DNA of 32,000 nucleotides from Methylorubrum extorquens (GTDB lineage: Bacteria > Pseudomonadota > Alphaproteobacteria > Rhizobiales > Beijerinckiaceae), in assembly GCA_900234795.1 (NCBI GenBank), contig LT962688.1, positions 3,840,001 through 3,872,000 on the forward strand. Direction: 5' to 3'. The notes beneath the pieces are model-generated. The model was not told the DNA's origin. It did not search any database and saw only the letters and a program-made list of their open reading frames with translations. The stretch's first letter is position 1, and every line of letters starts with the position of its first letter. The position numbers were made by a program, and so were the translations under genes. Below, piece after piece: positions 8,767 through 16,805 of the stretch.

Positions 8767-10026
8767 GTGGCCTCTCCCTTCGCCGCTCCTCTGACCGCCG
8801 CCCTGACGCCACAGGGTCCGGCGGGTCACGCCATCGCGGACCTGTCGTCCCGCGTCGGCACCGGTGAGCGGCACTGCATCCTCCACGTGTTCCGGGCCCC
8901 CGTGGGCGGCCTGTTTCGCCATGTCATCGATCTCACCCGCCTCCAGGCGGAGGCCGGGCACGCCGTCGGCCTCGTCTGCGACGCCTCGACCGGCGGCGAG
9001 CGGGCCGAACGGACGCTGGCGGATCTGGCCCCCTACCTCGCTCTCGGCGTCACGCGCGTTTCGATGCGCCGGAACCCGCATGCGAGCGACCTTCACGTCT
9101 TGCGCACCGTGCGAGCGCAGGCCCTCGCCGTCGGCGCCGACGTGTTGCACGGCCATGGCGCGAAGGGTGGCGTCTTCGCCCGCCTCGCCCCGCTCGGCAG
9201 CGCCGGGCGCGGCGTGATCCGCGCCTATACCCCGCATGGCGGCAGCTACAACTACCGTCCGGGCACGACCCTGCACCGGGTCTACATGGCCGCCGAGCAG
9301 GTGATGGCGCGGGCGACCGACCTGTTCCTGTTCGAGAGCGAGTACGTCGCTTCGCGTCATGCCGCCTTCGCCGGAGGCTCGCCGCGCCTCGAGCGGATCG
9401 TCCATAATGGCATCGCAGAAGCCGAGTTTGCCCCGGTGGAGACGGCGGATGACCCGTTCGATCTCGTCTATGTCGGTGAACTGCGCGAGGCCAAGGGATT
9501 GCCGGTGCTGTTGCGGGCGCTCGCGCGTCTGCGGGGCCAGGGCCGCGAACTCCGGCTTCTGATGGTCGGCTCCGGGCCCGATACCGAGAGCATCGCCGCG
9601 ATGGCCGAGAATCTCGGTCTGCGCCATGCCATCGCGTTCGAGCCGCCCCAGGCGATCCGGCCGGTGCTTGGACGCGGCCGCGTCATGGTGGTGCCGTCAC
9701 TGGCGGAATCCTTGCCCTACGTCGTGCTGGAGGCCGCGGCGGCCGGTCAGCCCCTCGTGGCGACCAATGTCGGCGGCATCCCCGAAATCTTCGGGGCCTT
9801 CTCCTCCGATCTGGTCCCGCCCGGCGATTGCGAGGCTCTGAGCACCGCGATCCTCCACATCCTCGATGAGGAGCCATCGCGCCGGCAAGGTCGCGCACGG
9901 GCGCTCAGCAATTCGCTGCGCACCCGCTTCTCCATGAACCGCATGGCGACCGACGTGCTGTGCGGCTACGCCGCCGCCTTCAGCGCGAAACGCATGCGGA
10001 CGGCGTCTGTCCCGGCGACCGCTTGA
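8767..10026 (+). CDS. GT4-family (group 1) glycosyltransferase
   Basis: The 419-aa ORF has a GTB-fold N-terminus ILHVFRAPVGGLFRHVIDLTRLQAEAGHAV. Its C-terminal half carries VVPSLAESLPYVVLEAAAAGQPLVATNVGGIPEI (the E-x7-E type motif). The GTG start at 8767 is uncertain. Confidence 0.85.
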   Translation: MASPFAAPLTAALTPQGPAGHAIADLSSRVGTGERHCILHVFRAPVGGLFRHVIDLTRLQAEAGHAVGLVCDASTGGERAERTLADLAPYLALGVTRVSMRRNPHASDLHVLRTVRAQALAVGADVLHGHGAKGGVFARLAPLGSAGRGVIRAYTPHGGSYNYRPGTTLHRVYMAAEQVMARATDLFLFESEYVASRHAAFAGGSPRLERIVHNGIAEAEFAPVETADDPFDLVYVGELREAKGLPVLLRALARLRGQGRELRLLMVGSGPDTESIAAMAENLGLRHAIAFEPPQAIRPVLGRGRVMVVPSLAESLPYVVLEAAAAGQPLVATNVGGIPEIFGAFSSDLVPPGDCEALSTAILHILDEEPSRRQGRARALSNSLRTRFSMNRMATDVLCGYAAAFSAKRMRTASVPATA

Positions 10027-10157
10027 GCGCGGACGGCGGTACGTTCGATGTCCCCGTTTTTCACAGCCCGGCCCGTCCGCGCATTAGGCTTTCGTGAAGG
10101 TCGATGCGGCACACTCGACGACCGGGGAGGCTCGATGTTTTCACGTGGAACATTCCG

Positions 10158-11714
10158 ATGAACGCCATCGACGTTCGGGATCTGCTGAAGGTCGCGAGGG
10201 AGAACGGCGCGCTGACATCCGTGCCGGCGCCGCTCGCGCTCCACAGCGACCAGAATTCTGTCTCTGCTCCGTCCGCGCCGATCCCCGCGCCGACCCCGCC
10301 GAAAGGGGCTTGGCTGTCGCCGGTCGTGCTTGCCGGTTGCGTGCGGCTCGCCGAATTCTGCGGTCTGATCTTGCTTGGCTTGGCTCTGCATCAGGCCTTG
10401 CTGCGCGGCGTCGTACCGCTCGCCCCGCGCTACCACGCCGCCATTCTCGCAGTGACCCTGGCGGCGCTCGGACTGTTCCAGGCATCGGGCAGTTACCGGA
10501 TCAGCGCATTCCGCGATCTGCCGAGAACGGCGGTGAAGCTCGCCACCGGCTGGTCCATCGCCTTCCTGATGGTGGCCGCGGCCATGGTGCTCGCCAAGGT
10601 CGCCGACCATTATTCCCGGATCTGGCTGCTCAGCTATTACATGGCGGGTCTCGGCATCCTGCTCGGCGGCCGCGCAGCGCTTTCGGCCTTCGTCCGCATG
10701 CAGATGGCCAAGGGGCGCTTCGACCGGCGTACCGCGATCGTCGGCGGCGGACCGGCGGCCGTGGAACTGATCCATGCCCTGGAAGCCAGCAGCGACAACG
10801 GCATCCGCATCATCGGGATCTTCGATGACCGGGGCGACGACCGATCCAGCACCGACGTCGCCGGCTACCCCAAGCTCGGCAATGTCAGCGACCTCGTCAC
10901 CTACGCCCGCCACGCGCCCGTCGATCTCGTGGTGTTCACCCTGCCGATCTCGGCCGAGACGCGCATCCTGCAGATGCTCGCCAAGCTCTCGGTTCTGCCG
11001 GTCGACATCCGCCTCTCGGCCCACGCGACCAAGCTGCGCCTGCGCCCGCGCGCCTATTCCTATCTCGGCGGCGTGCCGCTGCTCGACGTGTTCGACAAGC
11101 CGCTGGCCGATTGGGACGTCATCCTGAAGGGCGCGTTCGACCGTGTCGTCGGCCTGCTGCTGCTGCTGGCCCTTTCACCGGCGATGATCGCCGTGGCGCT
11201 CGCGGTGAAGCTCACCTCGCCGGGGCCGGTGCTGTTCCGGCAGAAGCGCTACGGCTTCAACAACGAGCTGATCGAGATCTTCAAGTTCCGCTCGATGTAT
11301 GTCGACCTCTGCGACGCGGGCGCATCGCAGCTCGTTACCAAGACCGATGCCCGGGTGACGCCCGTGGGCCGCTTCATCCGCAAGACATCGCTGGATGAGT
11401 TGCCGCAGCTCTTCAACGTGATCCGCGGCGATCTCTCGCTGGTCGGGCCGCGCCCGCATGCGGTCCAGGCCAAAGCGGCGAACACCCTCTACGATCAGGT
11501 GGTGGACGGGTACTTCGCCCGCCACAAGGTCAAACCCGGCATCACCGGCTGGGCGCAGATCAATGGCTGGCGCGGCGAGACCGACACCAGCGAGAAACTC
11601 CAGCGCCGGGTCGAGCACGACCTGCACTACATCGAGAATTGGTCGATCCTGTTCGACCTCAAGATCCTGCTCACCACGCCGCTCGCGCTCTTTAAGACCG
11701 ACAACGCGTATTGA
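10158..11714 (+). CDS. undecaprenyl-phosphate sugar-1-phosphate transferase (WcaJ/ExoY-type priming enzyme)
   Basis: This is the track ORF 10104-11714; ATG 10158 (MNAIDVRDLL) is the likelier start. It has N-terminal TM helices, a CoA-binding-like domain (TAIVGGGPAAVELI) and a bacterial sugar transferase domain (VLFRQKRYGFNNELIEIFKFRSM, DELPQLFNVIRGDLSLVGPRP). Confidence 0.9.
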   Translation: MNAIDVRDLLKVARENGALTSVPAPLALHSDQNSVSAPSAPIPAPTPPKGAWLSPVVLAGCVRLAEFCGLILLGLALHQALLRGVVPLAPRYHAAILAVTLAALGLFQASGSYRISAFRDLPRTAVKLATGWSIAFLMVAAAMVLAKVADHYSRIWLLSYYMAGLGILLGGRAALSAFVRMQMAKGRFDRRTAIVGGGPAAVELIHALEASSDNGIRIIGIFDDRGDDRSSTDVAGYPKLGNVSDLVTYARHAPVDLVVFTLPISAETRILQMLAKLSVLPVDIRLSAHATKLRLRPRAYSYLGGVPLLDVFDKPLADWDVILKGAFDRVVGLLLLLALSPAMIAVALAVKLTSPGPVLFRQKRYGFNNELIEIFKFRSMYVDLCDAGASQLVTKTDARVTPVGRFIRKTSLDELPQLFNVIRGDLSLVGPRPHAVQAKAANTLYDQVVDGYFARHKVKPGITGWAQINGWRGETDTSEKLQRRVEHDLHYIENWSILFDLKILLTTPLALFKTDNAY

Positions 11715-11738
11715 GGATCCTTGAGACCCGAACGGGAC

Positions 11739-11782
11739 GAGGCCCAGGACCGCCAGAGTGCAGTCCTGGGCCTCTTCATTTC
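11739..11782. terminator. intrinsic terminator between convergent genes
   Basis: A perfect 12-bp stem, gaggcccaggac (11739-11750) / gtcctgggcctc (11763-11774), is followed by TTCATTTC. Confidence 0.7.
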
Positions 11783-11817
11783 ACAAGAGATAATTGAGAT
11801 CGGGCCGTGGCGCCGAA

Positions 11818-12177
11818 TTACGGCAGCGCGCCGGCCTTCTCCTTCACCTTGGTCATGGTGTCCTGGCAGGCGGTCTCCTGGCCGGCCTTCTCCTGCTCCT
11901 TCGCCTTGGCGAGCAGGGTACGCGCCTCTTCCACACCGGCCTTCGTTGGCTTGGTGGAGGGATCGGACGGGGCGCCGGCCGGCGGCTTGTCGAGGGCCTT
12001 GGGCGAGTTCGAGGAGGTGACGCCGCCCGGCGGCTCCTTGCCGGTCACCTGCTCCGCACCGGCGCTGTTGAGCCGGCGCTCCACCGTGGAGATGTCGTCC
12101 TTGCAGCTGACGGCCAGGGCGGGGCCTGCGGTGACGAGGACGGCGAGGGCAACGGGCAAGGTCAGGGCAATGCGCAT
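11818..12177 (-). CDS. small secreted protein of unknown function, immediately downstream of lanM
   Basis: This is the track ORF 11818-12291. The internal start MRIALTLPVALAVLVTAGPALA (ATG = complement of 12175-12177) gives a signal peptide. The mature part has two Cys (VSCKDD..., QETACQD) flanking a Pro/Lys-rich low-complexity middle. Confidence 0.6.
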   Translation of the reverse strand: MRIALTLPVALAVLVTAGPALAVSCKDDISTVERRLNSAGAEQVTGKEPPGGVTSSNSPKALDKPPAGAPSDPSTKPTKAGVEEARTLLAKAKEQEKAGQETACQDTMTKVKEKAGALP

Positions 12178-12319
12178 GGGGTTGGGGCTCCTCCGGATCA
12201 ACTTGTGACGAGTCGGTCCCGTGACCGCTCGCTTCGGTCGGAACAGTCCTCGAAGGCCCCTCAGGGTTCCGCTCTGCGACGCTTCGCCCACGGCCCGGAG
12301 ACGGGCCGCCGGACATGAG

Positions 12320-12354
12320 AAAGGGGTGCGGATCTCGCGATCCGCACCCCTTTT
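12320..12354 (-). terminator. strong stem-loop downstream of lanM
   Basis: A perfect 12-bp stem, ggggtgcggatc (12323-12334) / gatccgcacccc (12339-12350), has a tcgc loop and is flanked by AAA and TTTT. It sits 26 nt past the lanM stop. Confidence 0.75.
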
Positions 12355-12379
12355 CGTACCGCACGAAGCGTCGGGAAAT

Positions 12380-12781
12380 TTAGCGGATCAGATTGACCAG
12401 GGCCGAACCAGCCGGGCTGGCCAATTCCCTAGCGTCGATGGTGCCATCATTGTCCGGGTTAGCGGCCTTGAATTGCGCCTCGACGGCGGCAAGGTATTCC
12501 TTCTTGTCGAGGGTGCCGTCGTTGTCCGGGTCGAGCTTCTTGAGGTCGGCCTCGCTGACGCGGCCCTTGAGCTCCTTGGCATCGAGCGTGCCGTCCTTAT
12601 CCGGATCGAGCTTGTCGAAGGCAGCGGAGCCGGCGGCCAGGGCCTCCTTCAGATCGATCGTGCCGTCCTTGTCCGGATCGAAGGCGGCGATATCGACCTT
12701 CGTGGTCGTCGTCGGGGCGGCGTAGGCCGGAGCGGCGACGAGCGCAGCGAGCAGAACGGCAGAGGAGAGGCGGAACGCCAT
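12380..12781 (-). CDS. lanM: lanmodulin, periplasmic four-EF-hand lanthanide-binding protein
   Basis: The 133-aa ORF MAFRLSSAVLLAALVAAPAYA-APTTTTKVDIAAFDPDKDGTIDLKE...DPDKDGTLDAKE...DPDNDGTLDKKE...NPDNDGTIDARE...LVNLIR has four 12-residue EF loops, each with Pro at loop position 2. It matches my memory of the published M. extorquens AM1 LanM sequence. Confidence 0.97.
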   Translation of the reverse strand: MAFRLSSAVLLAALVAAPAYAAPTTTTKVDIAAFDPDKDGTIDLKEALAAGSAAFDKLDPDKDGTLDAKELKGRVSEADLKKLDPDNDGTLDKKEYLAAVEAQFKAANPDNDGTIDARELASPAGSALVNLIR

Positions 12782-13003
12782 CGGGGCAAACTCCTGATCG
12801 AAGAGGCCCGGCGAAACCGGGCAAACGGCAAAATCGCAGAGACGCTCGCGACCACCATACCTCAGGCAAACATGCCACCGGACGAGCGGCCGTTCGGCCT
12901 CGCTTAGATTGCGTAACTTGCCCGGGAGAAATTGGCAATAGGCAGGATGGAATTCGCAGCTCCCGCCCAGCCGAAAACCCTGGAGTCAGGGTCAAATACG
13001 GAA

Positions 13004-13073
13004 GCGGCGCGGTCCAGGAGAACCGCGCCGCTCGCGTCGATCGACAGATGCCCCGGACCGGATACGGTCCGGG
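13004..13073 (-). terminator. two perfect 9-bp GC stem-loops between lutH and lanM (possible terminator or attenuator)
   Basis: The first is gcggcgcgg (13004-13012) / ccgcgccgc (13023-13031). The second is cccggaccg (13052-13060) / cggtccggg (13065-13073). On the minus strand the first is followed by TTCCGTATTTGA. Confidence 0.5.
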
Positions 13074-13098
13074 AGCGTGCTCGGTACTTGCGTCCCGC

Positions 13099-15624
13099 TC
13101 AGCCCTTCCGGACCAGCGGGAACGGCTCCACCACGGGGGCGGCCGGCGGCGGCTCGAACAGGATGCGCAGGCCGCCGAAGGCCGCCACCGGCGCGCCGGG
13201 CGCGAGGCTGCGGTTCGAGGTGGCGTTGGGCACCCGGACGATCGGAACCTCGTTCACCGGCGAGAAGGTGCCGAAGGTGGCGTAGTTGGCGTTGAAGGCG
13301 TTCTCGATGTAGCCGTAGAGTTCGATGTTCGACGCCACGCGGTAGCTCGTGTTGAGGCCGACCACCGCGAAATCGCCCGTGGTCTTGTTCTGGTTGGTCG
13401 GATCGCCGACGAGGAACTTGCCCGTGGCGAAGCGCGCGAGCGCGCCGACCCGCCATTCCGGCGTCACCTGATACTGCACGCCGACCTTGAGCTGGTGCGG
13501 CGCGACGCCGGGCAGGCGGTTGCCCGGACGCACGAGCACGACACCGCTCTCGTCGCCGCCGGCGCTGTTGAACGGGTTGCCGGGCGCGGCGAGTTCGACC
13601 GGCGACTCGAAGGTCGCATCGACGAAGGCGTAGTCGATGAAGGCGTTCCAGCGCGGCGCGTTGTAGAACAGGCTCGCCTCGACGCCCTGCCGCTTGGTCG
13701 ATCCGACGTTGCGGAAGAAAGCGCGGCCGATCGTGTCGGGGGCCGGCACGAACAGGATGTCGTCGTCGTTGCGGGTCGAGAAGAAGCCGGCCTTCCACGA
13801 CAGGATGCCGCCGAAATATTCGTCGGGCTGCGGGATGCGGCCGCGGATACCGGCCTCGACGGTGCGCGCCACGACCTGCTTCAGCGGCGGGTCGCCGACG
13901 AAGAAGTTGGTGAGCGAGCAGGGCGCCAGCGGATCGGCGCAGGAGAGTTCGGCCGGGGTCGGGGCGCGGTTGGCTTCCGTGTAGCCGCCGTAGGCCACGA
14001 GGTAGTCGGGGATGACCTTGTAGGTCGCGCCGACGCCGGGGTTGAAGCGCTGGTAATAGTGGTCGCCGTTCAGCGCCGTGCCGATCTGGTCGCGCAGGAC
14101 GATCTTGGCCATGTTGAACCGGCCCTGCAGCGTCAGGGTCAGCCGGTCGGTCAGATCGGTGTTGTTCGAGAAGTAGATGCCGCCGTAATCGTTCGAGGTG
14201 TGGACCGAGACGGGGGTGATGATGCCGTCGTCGCTGGAGACGACGATGCCGGGAGGCGAGAAGCCGCGGTCGAGGGTCAGGCCGCCGATGGAGTTGTCGG
14301 CCCCGAAGCGGGTGCGACCGCCGTCATACTGGCCGCCGAGCACGAAGCGGTTCGGCAGGCCGAACAGCGTCTCGCGGATCACGGTCTGGACCGTAGCGCC
14401 GAAATTGTCGGTGCTGGTACGGGTCTGGTTGAGGAAGGCGTAGGGTCCGCCCTCGTCGAAGCGGTCGGCGAAGGTCGGGTTGATCCCGCCGAAGTTGAAG
14501 GTGCGCAGCCGGTCGGTCCGGACGGGGCTGCCGGTGCGGTCACGCAGGAAGAACTGGTTGTCGTCCGCGCCCTCGGAGCAGACGAAACGCTCATCGACCT
14601 CGCAATTTTCCACGTCGGCGGCGTCGCCGTTGGCGGTGCGCTGGCGGAACAGGCCGTAATAGGCGTTGCCCTGCACGGTGATGGTCGGCGTGACGTCGTA
14701 GGTGCCGGAGAGCTGGAAGCGCAGGAAGTCGTTCTTGGTCTGGTCGGGATAGGTGAAGACGTCGCTGCGGTCGGCCTTCAGCAGCTCGACCGGAGCGGTA
14801 CCGTTGCCGGTCAGGCTGTTGCTGGCACCGATGACGTTGAAGTGGAATTCGCTCTTCTCGCCCTGCACGCCGAGATCGGCGTAGATCTGGTTGAGCCGCG
14901 ACGGCGAGTGCTTGCGCCAGCCGTCCTCGCCGAGCTTGGTGCCGGCGACGTAGAGGCCGATATTGTCGATGCGCTGGCCGTGCTGGAACGCCACCGCGCC
15001 GCGGCCGAACGAGCCGCCGAGCACGTTGATCTCGCTGCCCTGGTAGGTGAAGCCGTTCTTGAGCGTCACCGCCAGCGAGCCGCCGAGCGCGTTGAGGCCG
15101 AAGGCCGGGTTCGAGCCCTCCAGCTCGATCCGATCGACGGCGATGTCGGGGATCAGATCCCACTGCACCGTGTCGCCGAACGAGGTGTTGAAACGGGCAC
15201 CGTTGAGATAGACGGCCACGCCCTGCGGCGAGCCGCCGAGCGGCGAGGCCTCGAAGCCGCGATAGGTGATCGTCGGCTGGAAGGGATTGCCCTGGGCGTT
15301 GTTGACGCTGATCGAGCCGACGCGCTCGTCGAGCGCCCGCACCGTGCTCGGAAAGCCGACGCGCGAGACGTCGCCCGAGGTCAGCACGCTCGTGTTCTGC
15401 GGCAGCTTGTTGCGGTCGATGCCGTCGAGGACCGTGACTTCGCGCAGACCCGACGGGGTCTGGGTGGCGACGACCCGGCGCGAGGCCGCAACCGGCGTGT
15501 TCGAGACGACGCTGATCTCTTCGAGCGTCACGGCCTGTCCACCGCCCGCGCCTTGCGCCATCACATGTCCCGGAAGCAGTGCAACCGATGCGATGAGGCT
15601 GCCTCGCAGCACCCGCATTGTCAT
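13099..15624 (-). CDS. lutH: TonB-dependent outer-membrane receptor (lanthanide/lanthanophore uptake candidate)
   Basis: The 841-aa ORF has a signal peptide MTMRVLRGSLIASVALLPGHVMA and a TonB-box-like VTLEEISVV. Plug motifs are ITYRGFEAS and VDRIELEGSNPAFGLNALGGSL, followed by a long beta-barrel. The symbol is assigned from adjacency to lanM, as in the AM1 lut cluster (from memory). Confidence 0.93.
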   Translation of the reverse strand: MTMRVLRGSLIASVALLPGHVMAQGAGGGQAVTLEEISVVSNTPVAASRRVVATQTPSGLREVTVLDGIDRNKLPQNTSVLTSGDVSRVGFPSTVRALDERVGSISVNNAQGNPFQPTITYRGFEASPLGGSPQGVAVYLNGARFNTSFGDTVQWDLIPDIAVDRIELEGSNPAFGLNALGGSLAVTLKNGFTYQGSEINVLGGSFGRGAVAFQHGQRIDNIGLYVAGTKLGEDGWRKHSPSRLNQIYADLGVQGEKSEFHFNVIGASNSLTGNGTAPVELLKADRSDVFTYPDQTKNDFLRFQLSGTYDVTPTITVQGNAYYGLFRQRTANGDAADVENCEVDERFVCSEGADDNQFFLRDRTGSPVRTDRLRTFNFGGINPTFADRFDEGGPYAFLNQTRTSTDNFGATVQTVIRETLFGLPNRFVLGGQYDGGRTRFGADNSIGGLTLDRGFSPPGIVVSSDDGIITPVSVHTSNDYGGIYFSNNTDLTDRLTLTLQGRFNMAKIVLRDQIGTALNGDHYYQRFNPGVGATYKVIPDYLVAYGGYTEANRAPTPAELSCADPLAPCSLTNFFVGDPPLKQVVARTVEAGIRGRIPQPDEYFGGILSWKAGFFSTRNDDDILFVPAPDTIGRAFFRNVGSTKRQGVEASLFYNAPRWNAFIDYAFVDATFESPVELAAPGNPFNSAGGDESGVVLVRPGNRLPGVAPHQLKVGVQYQVTPEWRVGALARFATGKFLVGDPTNQNKTTGDFAVVGLNTSYRVASNIELYGYIENAFNANYATFGTFSPVNEVPIVRVPNATSNRSLAPGAPVAAFGGLRILFEPPPAAPVVEPFPLVRKG

Positions 15625-15904
15625 TCCCCAGCCCTTATCATTCGTGCTTGCGGCCCGTTCGAGCGGAACCGTTGCCGGATGTTGCTGAAGGAGGGGGGCA
15701 ACGACAATCGCTGCCAGGCTTCTACGGGACCAATTATGATGAGACGCTCAAGCTTCCGCCGGCGCGTGGTGTTCTGGCAACATATTTCTGCCGTTCCGTC
15801 AAAGACTTACGGATAAAAAGGCAGACTTCACCGGGATCATTCGGCAAGCTTCGATCGGCTTTAGCCGCCCGTTCCGACCAGGATTGCGCCGAGTCTCTAT
15901 CGCC

Positions 15905-15930
15905 AAAAAATCGGGATGCCCCACATCCCG
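15905..15930 (-). terminator. intrinsic terminator on the minus strand, ~235 nt downstream of lutG
   Basis: A 7-bp stem, cgggatg (15912-15918) / catcccg (15924-15930), has loop cccca. On the plus strand A6 sits at 15905-15910, which is U6 after the hairpin on the minus strand. Confidence 0.6.
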
Positions 15931-16165
15931 CCGCTTCGGCGCGACCAAGATAGCCGATCACGGAGCGCAGTGCGAAGTCATGCCGCTCGCGCCAAGGCCG
16001 CGTCGCGCCGGGCATCAGATGGCCGGCGGCCGTTCTCGAGGCGAAACGCTTCGACGGCCGCGGCCCGGCCCAAATCCCGGCACGAAATCGTGGACAGGCC
16101 GGTCCGAAACGCTCGTGCCGCAGCGTTCGGCGGAAACGGCTTCGTCGCTTCCGACCGAAGGCGGG

Positions 16166-16795
16166 TCAGAGATGCGCCTGGATGCGGCGGGCGATCTCGC
16201 CCAGGCGCTGCTCCAGAATCGTCGGGACCTCGCAGACGTAGGAGACCGACTGGTTGCGCTCGTCGAAGATCCGACGGTCCCAGTTGAACCGGCTTTCCAG
16301 GTCCGCAACCTCCTTGGATGCGACCTTGGTGGAGTCGGATTCCGGGCTGTCCTTGAACTCGCTCACCTTGTCCGCCTCGTCGCGGATGCGTTCGGCGAGA
16401 CGGCGCTGGCCCTGAGCGTAGCGGCTGATCCCGTTCATCACCGTGCTGCGCTCGCCGTTGATGATCTCGAACACCCCGGCGAAGACGCGGGTCAGGCGCT
16501 TGCCCTTCTCGGCCGGATCGGCCTTCTGCGCGAATTCATCGAGCAGGGTGTCGACTTCGCGCAATTCGGTGCGGCGGGAGGCGAGCTTGCGGGCGAGCTG
16601 GGCCGCCTCGCGGTCGCTGCCCCATTCACCGGCCTCGGCGAGGTCCGGCCCGGTCCAGAACGAGCCGTAGCCCAGCGTCGTCACCTTGCGCTGCGGGCAG
16701 GGCCAATCCGGATCGGTCTTGGGCTGCGCGAGCACGGGCCCCGCCGCGAGGATCAGGGCGAGGCAAAGCGGGGCATGAACGGAACGAGGGATCAT
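16166..16795 (-). CDS. lutG: periplasmic protein of unknown function, last gene of the lutA-G operon
   Basis: This is the track ORF 16166-17059. The start MIPRSVHAPLCLALILAAGPVLA (ATG = complement of 16793-16795) lies 10 nt after the lutF stop. The mature protein is mostly helical and charged, with one Cys near each end (DWPCPQ, SYVCEVP). The symbol comes from gene order (from memory). Confidence 0.75.
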   Translation of the reverse strand: MIPRSVHAPLCLALILAAGPVLAQPKTDPDWPCPQRKVTTLGYGSFWTGPDLAEAGEWGSDREAAQLARKLASRRTELREVDTLLDEFAQKADPAEKGKRLTRVFAGVFEIINGERSTVMNGISRYAQGQRRLAERIRDEADKVSEFKDSPESDSTKVASKEVADLESRFNWDRRIFDERNQSVSYVCEVPTILEQRLGEIARRIQAHL

Positions 16796-16805
16796 GGGAG
16801 GTCTC

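Noticed and set aside
13048-15816. 922-aa ORF on the + strand, the longest in the track
   Set aside because: It lies exactly antisense to the TonB-dependent receptor. Its composition is Arg/Ala/Gly/Asp/Val-rich with no motifs, which is typical of a shadow ORF in high-GC DNA. The minus-strand frame has clear receptor motifs.
15734-16015. 93-aa minus-strand ORF in the lutG-lutH gap
   Set aside because: It reads straight through the intrinsic terminator hairpin and U-run at 15905-15930. It has no RBS and no protein-like features.
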